A stretch of 64,000 nt of DNA, taken from positions 186,001 through 250,000 of the forward strand of contig NW_026515701.1 in the NCBI RefSeq assembly GCF_025526975.1, written 5' to 3'. The position numbers and the translations under genes are program-made. This DNA is from Fimicolochytrium jonesii (Eukaryota). Positions 10,673 through 21,182 of this stretch are shown here, one piece after another (position 1 is the stretch's first letter; the number at the start of each line of letters is the position of its first letter). The notes under the pieces are model-generated. The model had not been told where the DNA came from. It worked only from the letters and a program-made list of their open reading frames with translations, and did no database searches.

Positions 10673-12724
10673 TCAAAGCTCAATGAGAGGAGCCTCTGGT
10701 TGCGGTGCCGGGGGTTCCGGCTGCGACACAGGTACGGCCTGCTGTTGCACATATCCGGGAGCATACCCAGTGTTTTGCGGAGGCGATTGTTGCGCTAACG
10801 GTTGCTGTTGGACGTACGGCTGGAGTGGGACTTGGTACGGTTGCGGTGGCTGTTGTTGTGGGACGTATTGCTGGTTTGGAGGCTGGCCGGGTGCCAGTGC
10901 ATATCCTTGCTGGTCTTGACTCGCAGGGGGATGGTGTGCATTCTCTGGGCCAGGACCGCCCTGATATGGCGGTTGTTGCTGTTCTTGAGGAGCAGGAGCA
11001 ACGCCCGCTAGCGCGCCATAATACTGCTGCTGTGCTGCAGCTGGGTCCTGGTAACCGGCATATGGCTGGTGTTCGGGTGAAGCCTGCGGGGGTGGCTGCT
11101 GGTAATCGTAGGCCGCCTGCGGGGGTTGTTGAGGGGCGTACAAATGCGGGGCTTCGCCAGGTGCGTTCCCTACATAGTAACCCGCTGCCTGTGCAGTAGA
11201 TGCAGGCGGCGTGCTATATCCTGCCGGAGCGTGATAGACGTGCGGCTGCTGCTGTGGCAGGTAGTGAGAGCCCGGTGGTGGCTGAGTGGCGCCGCCAGCG
11301 TAGGGCTTGGTCAGGTAACCGGCGGCGTTCAATCGTTCCGACAACAGTCGATCATACTCCCGGACGGCCCCACTAAGCTGCTCATGCAGGTCGTAAAACT
11401 CAGCGTACTTTCTCGACGTTTCATCAAGACTGCGTGCAAGTTTGGGTTGCATGGTAGCTATTTGGGCGTATAGAGTCTGGATTTGCGAATTGTTCAACAC
11501 CCCGAGGCCATGGACTCCGACATCGGCTTCAGTTCGCTCAACGAGTTCCGAAAACAGGCGAATGTTCTCTAGCTCGACAGAGCTCAATTCGTTCGGGTTG
11601 TAAGAGGAAGCCGACAATGGGGCAGGTTGACGTCCTGCATTCGGTCCCTGCGAACCGTAATCCTGCGCTTGGGATGAGGGATAGTGATTTGGTGCCGCAC
11701 TCGTTGCGTTGGCAGCGCCGCCTGGACTTTTATACTCGTACTCCGGTCGAGAACCGCCAGAATAGTCAGTCGATGCGGAACCTTGAGCATCCTGAAGGGA
11801 CGCAGCAATCGCCGCTTTGAGATCCTCGTCGTCTTCCTCTTCGCGCGGTTTGGGCTTTGAGATGGACCGTTGAACTGGGGGTTTTACGTGATTGGCAGGC
11901 TTTGACGCTTTCAGGGAGAGTTCCAAAGCCTTTTGCAAGTCCTCTTCCTCCTTCCTCGCCAGATCGTTGGACGCATATCCACCAGCACTGCGAGGCTCAG
12001 GCTTCCGGCTTTGCAACGGCGTTCCAGGAGGCGACTTTGAAGTCAATTTGCTATGGCAGGTATCACAGACACGGACCTCTTGCACTATGCCAAGACGGGG
12101 CAAGGCCATGGTTTTCGAAGAACACTGGCCACAGAATGTCTGTCCGCAGTTTCGGCAGTGATGCTTGCGGTTGAACGTGGTAAACTGCGACCTGCATCTC
12201 ATGCAAACATCACTATCAGTCCACTCGGGAGCAGTGGTGGTCTCGATCATCATAGCGGAGGACTCGGACTTCTCAATGGGCGGGAATGTGATACCGTCTC
12301 GTTTCAGGGAGTCGTACACTTCACTCACGTAACGAAGCTCCGATTTTGACTTGAATGCAAGACCCCACGACTGAATAGAAGCCAGAATCTTCTGACGAAC
12401 GTCCGAATTCGTTCCTGATGGGGCGCGCGCGATGGAGACGAGATTGTCGATGAACTCTCTTGAGGCGACCTCCTGCACAAAGTGATGTCCCGAGTTCTTC
12501 ACACAAGTATCGGTAAGTTTCAAGGCGAGAAGTTGGACGTTGGGGTTCTTATGGTTGATTCGCCGCTTGAGAGATTGTGCGGCTTGTTTTGGCGTGACTT
12601 CCTTCGCTTTGATTTTATCGGCGATGTCGAGGTTCAATACCAGATCTTCCGTGCCTATTGGAAGGTTTTCCGACGTCGCTTTGTCGACGATATCGTCTAG
12701 CGGGTTCGCGAACAGGAACGACAT
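10673..12724 (-). CDS. VPS27: ESCRT-0 subunit Vps27/Hrs
   Basis: Single 683-aa ORF with VHS (KATSENL...NPNVQLLAL), FYVE (WTDSDVCMRC...RKHHCRNCG...RVCDTC), two UIMs (EEEDLQKALELSL, DEDLKAAIAASL), a GAT-like coil and a P/Q-rich tail. Confidence 0.96.
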   Translation of the reverse strand: MSFLFANPLDDIVDKATSENLPIGTEDLVLNLDIADKIKAKEVTPKQAAQSLKRRINHKNPNVQLLALKLTDTCVKNSGHHFVQEVASREFIDNLVSIARAPSGTNSDVRQKILASIQSWGLAFKSKSELRYVSEVYDSLKRDGITFPPIEKSESSAMMIETTTAPEWTDSDVCMRCRSQFTTFNRKHHCRNCGQTFCGQCSSKTMALPRLGIVQEVRVCDTCHSKLTSKSPPGTPLQSRKPEPRSAGGYASNDLARKEEEDLQKALELSLKASKPANHVKPPVQRSISKPKPREEEDDEDLKAAIAASLQDAQGSASTDYSGGSRPEYEYKSPGGAANATSAAPNHYPSSQAQDYGSQGPNAGRQPAPLSASSYNPNELSSVELENIRLFSELVERTEADVGVHGLGVLNNSQIQTLYAQIATMQPKLARSLDETSRKYAEFYDLHEQLSGAVREYDRLLSERLNAAGYLTKPYAGGATQPPPGSHYLPQQQPHVYHAPAGYSTPPASTAQAAGYYVGNAPGEAPHLYAPQQPPQAAYDYQQPPPQASPEHQPYAGYQDPAAAQQQYYGALAGVAPAPQEQQQPPYQGGPGPENAHHPPASQDQQGYALAPGQPPNQQYVPQQQPPQPYQVPLQPYVQQQPLAQQSPPQNTGYAPGYVQQQAVPVSQPEPPAPQPEAPLIEL

Positions 12725-13596
12725 AAGGAGAACTGGTGCTTCGTTAACTCACGATCGAAGCAAGCCGATTTGGGCACAAGCGGTGTAACGAGGGCGACAC
12801 TGAAGCTATGAGAGTTTTGGCAGGTCAGGCTTTTCTGGAGCAGAAGTGCAAGACGCTTTGGATTTGCGAGATGGTTGTGGTATCAGCGATGATTCTGAGT
12901 ACTGTACAGTATGTCTGTCTTGGCAAGAAGATTGTGAGCGGATGCCGTCTGGAACGCCAAGTGGGAGGTGGGGCGGTTTGTCACGCCCCATGACAAAGAG
13001 CCGTTTGTAACGGCGCTACATAAATGTAGGGTTAGGGACCCGACACCCCACTCAAGAATGCCGCCTAGCCAACAGGGAACATACAGTAAGTCCGTGTGGG
13101 CTCAGGCAGTGATGCGGCTGTTCTAGCGGGGCACACTCGTAGTAGCCGACATTGCGATATCAACGGATTTATGTATATGCCCTCCCAAGCAAAAGCGGCC
13201 TCCCCGCCTATGTCGATGTTATGTGGCATCAGCCCTCCCAGACCTACCAATCGAAGGGTGCCGATGACACGGGGTGACTTTCCTCCCGATTGAGCAGCCG
13301 ACTGCAGTCACCCGCCGCCCAAGTCCCCCGTTGTTTTTTCGGCTGTCCCTTTCTCGTTCTCAAGCTGTCACACACCCCCCACCTTCCCCGTTTCTTCAGT
13401 TTGCGGCGGACATCGTCTCCACTGCAGTAGGGACTTGCTGCCGTGCCCGCTGTGAAGGGATGCCCATACTTTGAGTGGTTTCTTGATCCTAACGCAGACA
13501 ATTTCAACCTCAAAACAACGGAACTCGTATCAACCAGCGACTTCGAACTTGATCATCCCCATCTCTCAATTCCCTCGTTCCACACTCAACAAAATC

Positions 13597-13998
13597 ATGT
13601 CCGCTAGCTTCACAACCATGGCTCACGACGAGGCCAACGCAATCATCGCCGAATGGAAAAGCCGCGAATCGAAACACACCGCCAAGTGGGATGATGACGA
13701 GACGAAACTCCTCACGGCCGTCTGCGTCGTCAAATCTACCGAGTCCATTAAGAAGATCGCAGAGGAATACATCACTATTGCGGCCCAGGCTGGCGTCAGC
13801 ACGAAGAGCGAGAGGCAGGTGATTGACAAGATCGGCAATATGAAAAGGGCTCGCGGAGGTGATGATACCACCAAGAAGAAGAGGAAGTCGCCTGGGGAAG
13901 CCAACGGTGAAGGCAAGAAGACGAAAAAGCCCAAAGCGGAGAACGGAGAGCACGAGAGTGACGAAGGCGCAAAAGATCATAAAAGCGCCGCCGCTTGA
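13597..13998 (+). CDS. Small Myb/SANT-like (trihelix-type) protein, array member A
   Basis: 133 aa; KWDDDETKLL...KSERQVIDKIGNMKR motif shared with three neighbours; basic NLS-like tail KKKRKSP. Confidence 0.7.
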   Translation: MSASFTTMAHDEANAIIAEWKSRESKHTAKWDDDETKLLTAVCVVKSTESIKKIAEEYITIAAQAGVSTKSERQVIDKIGNMKRARGGDDTTKKKRKSPGEANGEGKKTKKPKAENGEHESDEGAKDHKSAAA

Positions 13999-14467
13999 GC
14001 TATTTTGTCTTTACGTAGTATCTCATAAAGTTTCCCCCCTACCTTCTATTCTTGTTCGGCGACCTTTCCCTCATATTCGTAAAAGGTGTACATATGTAGT
14101 CAGTGAACGTTCTACGCCATAAAGTTCTTGTTGGGTTCAATCTAAAAACGTGCACATACCGGCATGGTTGCGGGTTTCCTTTCTCTGTGCTGCTTTCTTC
14201 ACTCTTTGAGACTCCTCCATATTTGAAAACCGACAGCCCTTTTTGTGTAAATTCGACAGCGCGTTTGGGCCGTCAAACGTCTGCCGGTTCCCCCTTCCCC
14301 GTTCCCCTTCCGAGAGTCCCTCGTCCCGCCGCCAACTGCACCATCCCAAGGGTGTTTCAACTCAAAGCGACTTCCCCTTTACACTCACCTGGTTTCACGA
14401 ACACGCACTCGGAGAAGCCCAAAAAATATCGCTTCGTCCGGTTCTCGCTTCGTAGAAGTTGAGCACA

Positions 14468-14866
14468 ATGACTGCCGAACATCGAAACAAGCGAGTCAAG
14501 TCCGAAGACGGCGCAGACGATTGCATTACCGAAGCCGAGATCGTAGACCATCTGAAGAATAACGACGGCATTTGGGCGGAAACCGTTCTTAACGATCTGC
14601 AGAAAAAGAATGTTCCCAAAACGGATGTCGCTAGGTGGGCGTCGGACGAGACGATGGGTCTCGCAGCTTTGATGATTCAACAGGCACTCGCTGAGAAGAG
14701 TCTGGGAGGAAAGGAATTGGCGCAAGTTTTCTTGCAGTCGGGGATGTGCAAAACGCCAAAGACGGAGAAACAGGTCAGAAAGAAGATGGACAATATGAAA
14801 CAGAAGTGCCAGGAGAAAAAGGAGACAAAGCGAAGGGTGAAAACCGAAGCAGAAGCCGCCCATTAA
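14468..14866 (+). CDS. Small Myb/SANT-like protein, array member B
   Basis: 132 aa; RWASDETMGL...KTEKQVRKKMDNMKQK; basic ends (KRVKSE, RRVKTE). Confidence 0.65.
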   Translation: MTAEHRNKRVKSEDGADDCITEAEIVDHLKNNDGIWAETVLNDLQKKNVPKTDVARWASDETMGLAALMIQQALAEKSLGGKELAQVFLQSGMCKTPKTEKQVRKKMDNMKQKCQEKKETKRRVKTEAEAAH

Positions 14867-15437
14867 GCGTCAATGATTGAAGTAGCTCCCTTTCGGCTTC
14901 GACAATTACAACGCCGCGCCCGATACGGGAAGTGTCAAATACTACTTGGAAAGCCAAGATTTGCTGATTGAGGGCATTTGCTCGAAGCTCAGAAATAATT
15001 ATATGTGCAGCTTATATCAGTAATTTGTCGTGGTTAGTTAGAGCTTCAAAGTGGAGGGGGTCGTAAACGTAAAACTAGATCCCATCCTTGTATCTATTAT
15101 TGCTTGCACATATAGTGTTATCAATCCGATGTCCTCATGTTCTCGTCCATCCGAGATTCATTCGATCTTCGAGTACAAGAGAGCGTCCTGTTCTAGTTTA
15201 CGACGTGCTTGTGAAAAGATCGCCTCAGTCGGTTGCGCCAGTGGCCCCGACGGCGCGGGGTTGCTCAACAGACGCGATGACGCCAGGCTGAACATTTCTT
15301 CTACCGCACGGGGGGGAAGGACCTTCAATCAAGACACGCAGAGGTTGGACTCCCAGAGGCAGGTCTCTTCAGACGTCCCGCCGATTCTTTGCGGAAAGCA
15401 GGTTCTCTACGGTTTCAAATTACTGGAAGACGCAGTT

Positions 15438-16026
15438 ATGCCTACCAAACGACTCATCTCAGACGAAGCCAGCAGCACTGGTGAGCAAGCGCAAGATCTG
15501 GTTAAAGCGGAAACCACGAATTCTATCGACACAGCTACATCTTCTGTTCCTGAAGAGCCCAAACATAAGAAGTCACGGGCCGCACCCAAAGGAGCCAAAG
15601 GAAAAGTGAAGGCTGAAGCTAGCGCGGGAACCAAGCCCAAGAAAGAGGGCAGCTCCGACATTACCATGGATCCGAGCGGAGACGTTACGAATCGCCTTCA
15701 TCGCTCCGTGGACGATATGGCCTGGGCTCAAGCTGTTTTGACAACTGGCAAGAAGAAGAAAGAAGGTGGCTACAGAATTCGTCTTGGTAAAGCGTGGGCT
15801 CCTTGCTGGTCTGACTCCGTTATCTCCGCACGTTTCAGAGGCCACCAAGGCAACAAAATGGACCAAAGAAGATGAAGCCCTCCTTGTCGCCGTTATGGTC
15901 TTCAATCCCGACAAACCGCACAAACTAATCGCAGAAGAATATCTCAAGGTAGCAGTGGAAGCAAAGACGGAGCGACAAATAGGCGACAAAATCGCGAAGT
16001 TGAAAGGCCGATTTCAGTCCAAGTAA
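15438..16026 (+). CDS. Small Myb/SANT-like protein, array member C (one intron ~15787-15838)
   Basis: K-rich N-terminus MPTKRLISDEA... A phase-1 intron GTAAAG...CTGAC...TTTCAG joins it to EATKATKWTKEDEALL...KTERQIGDKIAKLKGRF. Confidence 0.65.
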
Positions 16027-16540
16027 ATTTGCTCAATACTTCCGGTCGTCGATATTGGGAAATCTGCCGTACACTACTCAATTCAAGAATACCAACTCAA
16101 GTAAACTGCTCGATACCTCTGCATTTTCGATCAGGGGAGATCCTCCCTCAGAATGAAATGCAATGGAGAGTATGTGAGGGCATTAGGGGCGGAAATGTAA
16201 AAGCACCGCAGCTTGCAAGTGAAAGCCTGGTGCATGCAATGGGGGGGCAATGCTGTGGTTAGCCTTCGGCTAATTAAATGTTTTTAGCAAACAATATCTG
16301 TTCATCTTGTACATAAACCGGTCGAAGTTCCATCAATCCAAGGGTGCGTCGAACTGCAATCAGGTCTAAGAAAATCGACAGCGCGTATGGTGTCAGTTTA
16401 GCAGCCTTGTGTCTTCGATTCCAAACCCCCGTGTACAGGTCGCTTTCCCCAACGCAGTATGGGAAGCATAGCTTTGGTCTTTCCGCTCACGATTAGTGAG
16501 ACCTCTGTATAGTCAACCCATCACCTCTCTACTGAAAACC

Positions 16541-16825
16541 ATGCCATCCCTTAAAACTGAAAGCTTCGAAGCACTTGATCGCGAGACAGCAGAGGAGATC
16601 ATTTACAACGCGCAGCAGCGCAAGGCTGGAACTGCGCGCTGGACTCCCGCCGAGACCAACCTTATGAGGGCATTGCTGACCCTTCACCCCACAAAAACCC
16701 GCAAGGAGCTGGCTGCCATGTATGCACAGCTGGCTTTGGAGAAGACTGAACATCAGATCTTCGAGAAAATTTCGACCATCAAGAGAAGGGAATTGGCGAA
16801 ACGATTCGTTTGGGTAGGAAAGTGA
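16541..16825 (+). CDS. Small Myb/SANT-like protein, array member D
   Basis: 94 aa; RWTPAETNLM...KTEHQIFEKISTIKRR. Confidence 0.7.
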   Translation: MPSLKTESFEALDRETAEEIIYNAQQRKAGTARWTPAETNLMRALLTLHPTKTRKELAAMYAQLALEKTEHQIFEKISTIKRRELAKRFVWVGK

Positions 16826-17168
16826 TGCTTCAGAAGAGACGTTAGCCATCCGACTAATTCGGGGGAATCTCTATATCAGAATACCGGCCAATGTCAATGA
16901 AGCCTATATCAGTGTTGCAAGAAGATGGCGAGCGTAGCACCATTCGAGAGTGATTGTGCTCCTATTTGGCCAAGACACCATCTACGACCTGTTATATCTG
17001 GCGTAACTAGTTCCCCCCCCCCCCCCCCCACATGTTATCAAAAAAGATGTGAATGCCTCATGAAATTACCCCTACGAATAAATGCTATGCTGCTACTAAG
17101 TCTATGAAATTGAAAAGCCCTTATCCTAACTAGCGTAGCTACTGCTCGCATGAAAGTTCCCGCAGCGC

Positions 17169-19424
17169 TCAGATAGTGCCCATGCCGAGCCTTGAGAAGG
17201 TGTCTGTGAGCCTCATGCCACCAGGCAATGTTGGATTCTTTGGGATGCCTTTCCTCTCGCTGCGCTCCTGACGCAAGACACGGAGGAGAGGACGGACATC
17301 TTTCCCCGCGTTCTGCCACTCATGAATAAGGTCGAGAGCCTCCTTCTCGAATTCTTCATCATGAGCATTGACTGCCTCCAGTGCAGCCAGTTCGGCCGCC
17401 CGCTCTTGAGCGGCTTGTTCAGCGCGCTTTTGTTCGTGTCGTTGCTAGAAAAAAGTGCCGAGTGAGTCTGGCACGTCAGAATGTGCATTCAGGGAAAGAG
17501 GGCTCATAAGATGCATACGATTTCAACTTTGTGGTCCACCTTCAACTTGGTCAGGGATTCTTGGGCGGCATGCTTCCTCTCTTCTGCTTGTTTCATGTCC
17601 TCGATGTCCTGTTCCTCAAGGTGGTGCCGCATATTCACGGCCGCTCGTCTCTCTTGCTGCCTTTTCTCCCGCACTTCCTTATCCTGACAAAGCACACACA
17701 AAGTTAGCATGCAGCCTTGAATCACCTCCACACGGGAAGACGTCAACATACATGCTGCGCCTGAAACGTGTGGACATCGTGCAAAGCCTTGTCCCGCTTG
17801 TTTTGGTCGTCCGAGAATCGTTTCTCCCAATATCCGTCCGCGCCATGCAGGATTCTGTCGTAGAATGCCTCAACTTTTTGACGCTTCTTTTCCGCCTCCT
17901 CTGCGGCTACCCGAGCTGCCAGCTCCGTTCGATGCTGCCGTTGTCTGAAAGGCATTAAGGTTACTCCAGATGAATCGCGTTGTTATGTGCAACTCGGCGC
18001 GAACTCACTGGACGATTTCCAGCTGTGCGTTTTTGCGGCGAGCGTCGAATAACTGCTTCATCTCCGCAAACTTCGCATTTTCCTCCAGCGCCTTTTGCTC
18101 CTCCGCTGCCTTCTTGCGCTTTTCCTCCTTATTACGCCAAGAGTGAATGAAGTGCACGTTTTAGTGCGGAAACGGTCATAAACAAAGGCGGTGACCACGT
18201 ACTTTGTGCAATTGGACAGCTTGGTCCAAGGCCTTTTGCTCTTCTTTGTCCCTCGCCCTCTTTTTCTCCCGCTCTATAGCCTTTTTCTGTTTCTCTGCTG
18301 CTTGCTCTGCCTCAAGTTCCCTCGCCCGAGCCTCGCTCTCTGTAATTTCCTCTGTAATTGGACCATGAGATGACTGTCGTTGCACGACGACTTTCTGGCC
18401 CCTCTTTCTGTTATTGAGTTCCTTTTGCTTTTCAAGCGCTTGTCGTTTCTGTTCTTCTGCTGTTTCCAACGCCTGTATGCGATGCTTCAGGCGTTCCTTC
18501 TTCTCAGCATTAATCGCGTCATTTTCGATATGGAGTAAATAATCTGTATCGGCATTTTGTCTGGCGTCTTGTTGCTGATCCTGCTCTTCTCTGGCTGCCA
18601 GTTGCTCATCTCGTTCCTACATCATTTCGAGCATCAGCCTGGCGACCGCTCGGGGAAGAAGAGCGAACGGCGATCTGCGCTCCTCACCTGTAAAACGTTC
18701 GCCAGAAGCAATGCCGATGTCATCTGCTTCACGCGTGGCTCCTCGATACGGCGAAGGTACTTCGCCCTTTCGATAGCAGCGTTGCGCTCTGATGCCTTTA
18801 CACGGGCCCATTCCGCATCTATTCGCTGACGTTCTTCCTACGGACGGAGATGTGTTATCCATCCACCACTAATAAATATGGAGGTCCGTGTCATCAAACT
18901 GCACCTCCAGCTTTGTCATTCGCTCCTCCTTGGCAGCTAAGCGCTGTCGTCGCATTCCTGGTATTGTGTTTCCCCAACCCTTTACTCTTTGCAGAGATTT
19001 CTCATGCAGGTCATTTTTCTGTAGGCATCCAGTGAAGATTGCAGGGGTCCAGTAATAAGTTGATGAGAAGAGGCGTCAGGAATTGAATGCCCTGCCAATG
19101 CATGTGGACTTGCCCACCGTCCCGTAGAAGCTTCCTAGTTTACCTGCTTTTGGAAGGAGTACCGCTTTTGGCCGTCGAGCCTTTCCGGTTTGGCCAAAGA
19201 TTTGATGTGTTGCAATTGTTTCGAATCTATGACTACGGAGTTGTCCGGTCGACGAACGGATAAAGACCTCTGATCTGGCGGTTGATCATGAGGCACAAAT
19301 TCTACATGACAAGAATAAGATGATTTCCCTCCCAGATGATGAAGGTCTGGAAAACGACGCTGGACTTACTGTCTCGCATCTTCGTGAGCGGCGGTTGAGA
19401 TGGAAAGACGGCAGAGGTTGGCAT
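17169..19424 (-). CDS. CFAP210: Cilia/flagella-associated coiled-coil protein CFAP210/CCDC173 (TPH domain), multi-exon
   Basis: Spliced segments LHEKSLQRVKGWGNTIPGMRRQRL, AIERAKYLRRIEEPRVKQMTSALLLANVLQ|ERDEQL and C-terminal DTFSRLG resemble CCDC173 as I recall it; long E/K/R-rich coiled coils. Confidence 0.75.
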
Positions 19425-20543
19425 GCTAGCTACTCCTGTTGCAGTGTGGTGGTGGTTGAGCTATCCGGTTGCACTGTGGTGGTTGGGACTATCAAAGATA
19501 TCAAAACAGCCGACCAGAAGTTCCTAGCCTTTGGATGGTGGTCCAAGTTCATGGATGCCCAAACTTCTAAGTGTGGCTTCCCCGTCGGAAAACGTCGGGA
19601 GACATTTTCCCTATAGCCAAAATTCTCCGATGAACTCTAATGACATTTGGAACATTTACTCGCCGTCATAGGTCATTGCTGTGTGCATTTTTGGTTACCT
19701 CCAACACATCTTAGGAAGCGGTTGTTGAGTTACGTAACATGCTGTCAGTGCTACGTTGGCAGCCAGAAGAAACGCTGTCCATCAATGGAAGGCACTCTGA
19801 AATTACTATCATGACGAGAACTGGATCCCTAGCTGCACGGCCGTTTCCGCGCTCTAGACTACTCTCGGACTGGAAGGCCCCAGCAGCGTATGGGCGGTTT
19901 CCCGTCCTCCCTTTGTTCTTTTATCTCATAGAAACGCTACTGTTCCTTGCCTGTGGATTGGCTAAGCAATTTGACATATTCAGAATGCCCTTCCATCCTC
20001 GACCGGTCTGCTGGATAATGAGCGCCAGCGTACAGGGTCAGAAAATTGGGATGTGGAAGGCGGAAAATGACACCGTTGAAAGTAAAAGAGCCGAAGGTAG
20101 CGCCCAGTAGATATTCTGCGCTTTCTCAGCTTCCTTCTCGGCTGCAAGAAAGCGAAGCGTACGAACGGGTTCTCAGTCACCAAGCCGAGCTGACGAGCTT
20201 CTGTTGTTGGAGACGAATTGCTTTCCAAAAATGACAGTTTCCGACGCAAGTGACGAGCGCGACGACACGCGACGCTTGTCACGTGACCAGGATTGGGATT
20301 GATTCCGCGAGTCGGCGGACGCCGGGAAGCCACAGCGACGACAGCGCATTTCAGGTTCCATTGGCACAACCAGGCATTCACAAGGTACGTCTCTGCAGGG
20401 GGAAGCTCGATAGGTATTCTGTGTATGTGCTGCGACGTTGGATGCTAGGCGGCGGGATGCTCTTGGGCTCGCTGCCTATGCTCGCTGAAAGTGGAAACAG
20501 TGGACTTATCGACCTCGTGTTCCCACAGCTGTAAATTCCCAAC

Positions 20544-21182
20544 ATGCCTTTGATGAACCGCTCGTTGCGTGTCGCCACTAGGGCGGCCGCCATCCGCCGG
20601 GCAACTGCCGTCCCCGTCCGCACTAAGACTTCTTTGATTCCTCCCAACGTGGCGTCGCTGAAGGAGATCGGCAGACTTCAATCTGCTTACCCCCAGGCCC
20701 ACCCCGATATCTTCAAGAAGATGAAGTACTTCTATCAGCACATTCCCAAGGGAAACCGCCAGACAACGAAAGCCAACACTTTCTGGGGTCGCTACTACGA
20801 GAAGTACATCGCCCAGGACTCGTTCGTCCCAGTGCTGCACTTCTTGGGTATTATGATTCCTACCGGGTGAGTATGACATTAATGGTTTACCTTCGTCCAA
20901 GCTCAACAAGTTCTAACCTCACTTGTCTCTCTCAGTTACTACATCTCCTACTTCAAGGGCGGGGTATGTCATCAGATGCTGGTCAAATGAGGAGTTGAAG
21001 AGTAAACCCGAGCCTTAAATGCGGAATCTAACTTCTTTCCTCCTAACAATTTGCGCAATCCGATTTACGTTCGGAATTTTAGCACTGTATGTATTTCTTT
21101 TCGGTACCTCGATGAATGCTGAGCCAGGGAAATCTAACATGCCTTTATCTCTGTAGACCACCCTCGTTTCGAGTTCCACTAG
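20544..21182 (+). CDS. ATP17: Mitochondrial ATP synthase subunit f, 4 coding exons including a 4-nt microexon
   Basis: R-rich presequence, then SLIPPNVAS...FYQHIPKG...WGRYYEKY...PVLHFL. Exons 20544-20866, 20936-20963, 21083-21086, 21157-21182 give the ending GYYISYFKGGHYHPRFEFH*. Confidence 0.88.

Noticed and set aside
10705..11199. Many long antisense or alternative-frame ORFs overlapping real genes (here and throughout)
   Set aside because: Shadow ORFs expected from GC-rich codon usage; no recognisable domains.
13597..16825. Autonomous PIF/Harbinger transposon explaining the Myb-like ORFs
   Set aside because: No DDE transposase, terminal inverted repeats or target-site duplications were found.
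17013..17029. Poly-C runs (also 55679-55698 and 56076-56092) as G-quadruplex or special elements
   Set aside because: Simple homopolymers of uncertain assembled length with no further supporting structure.
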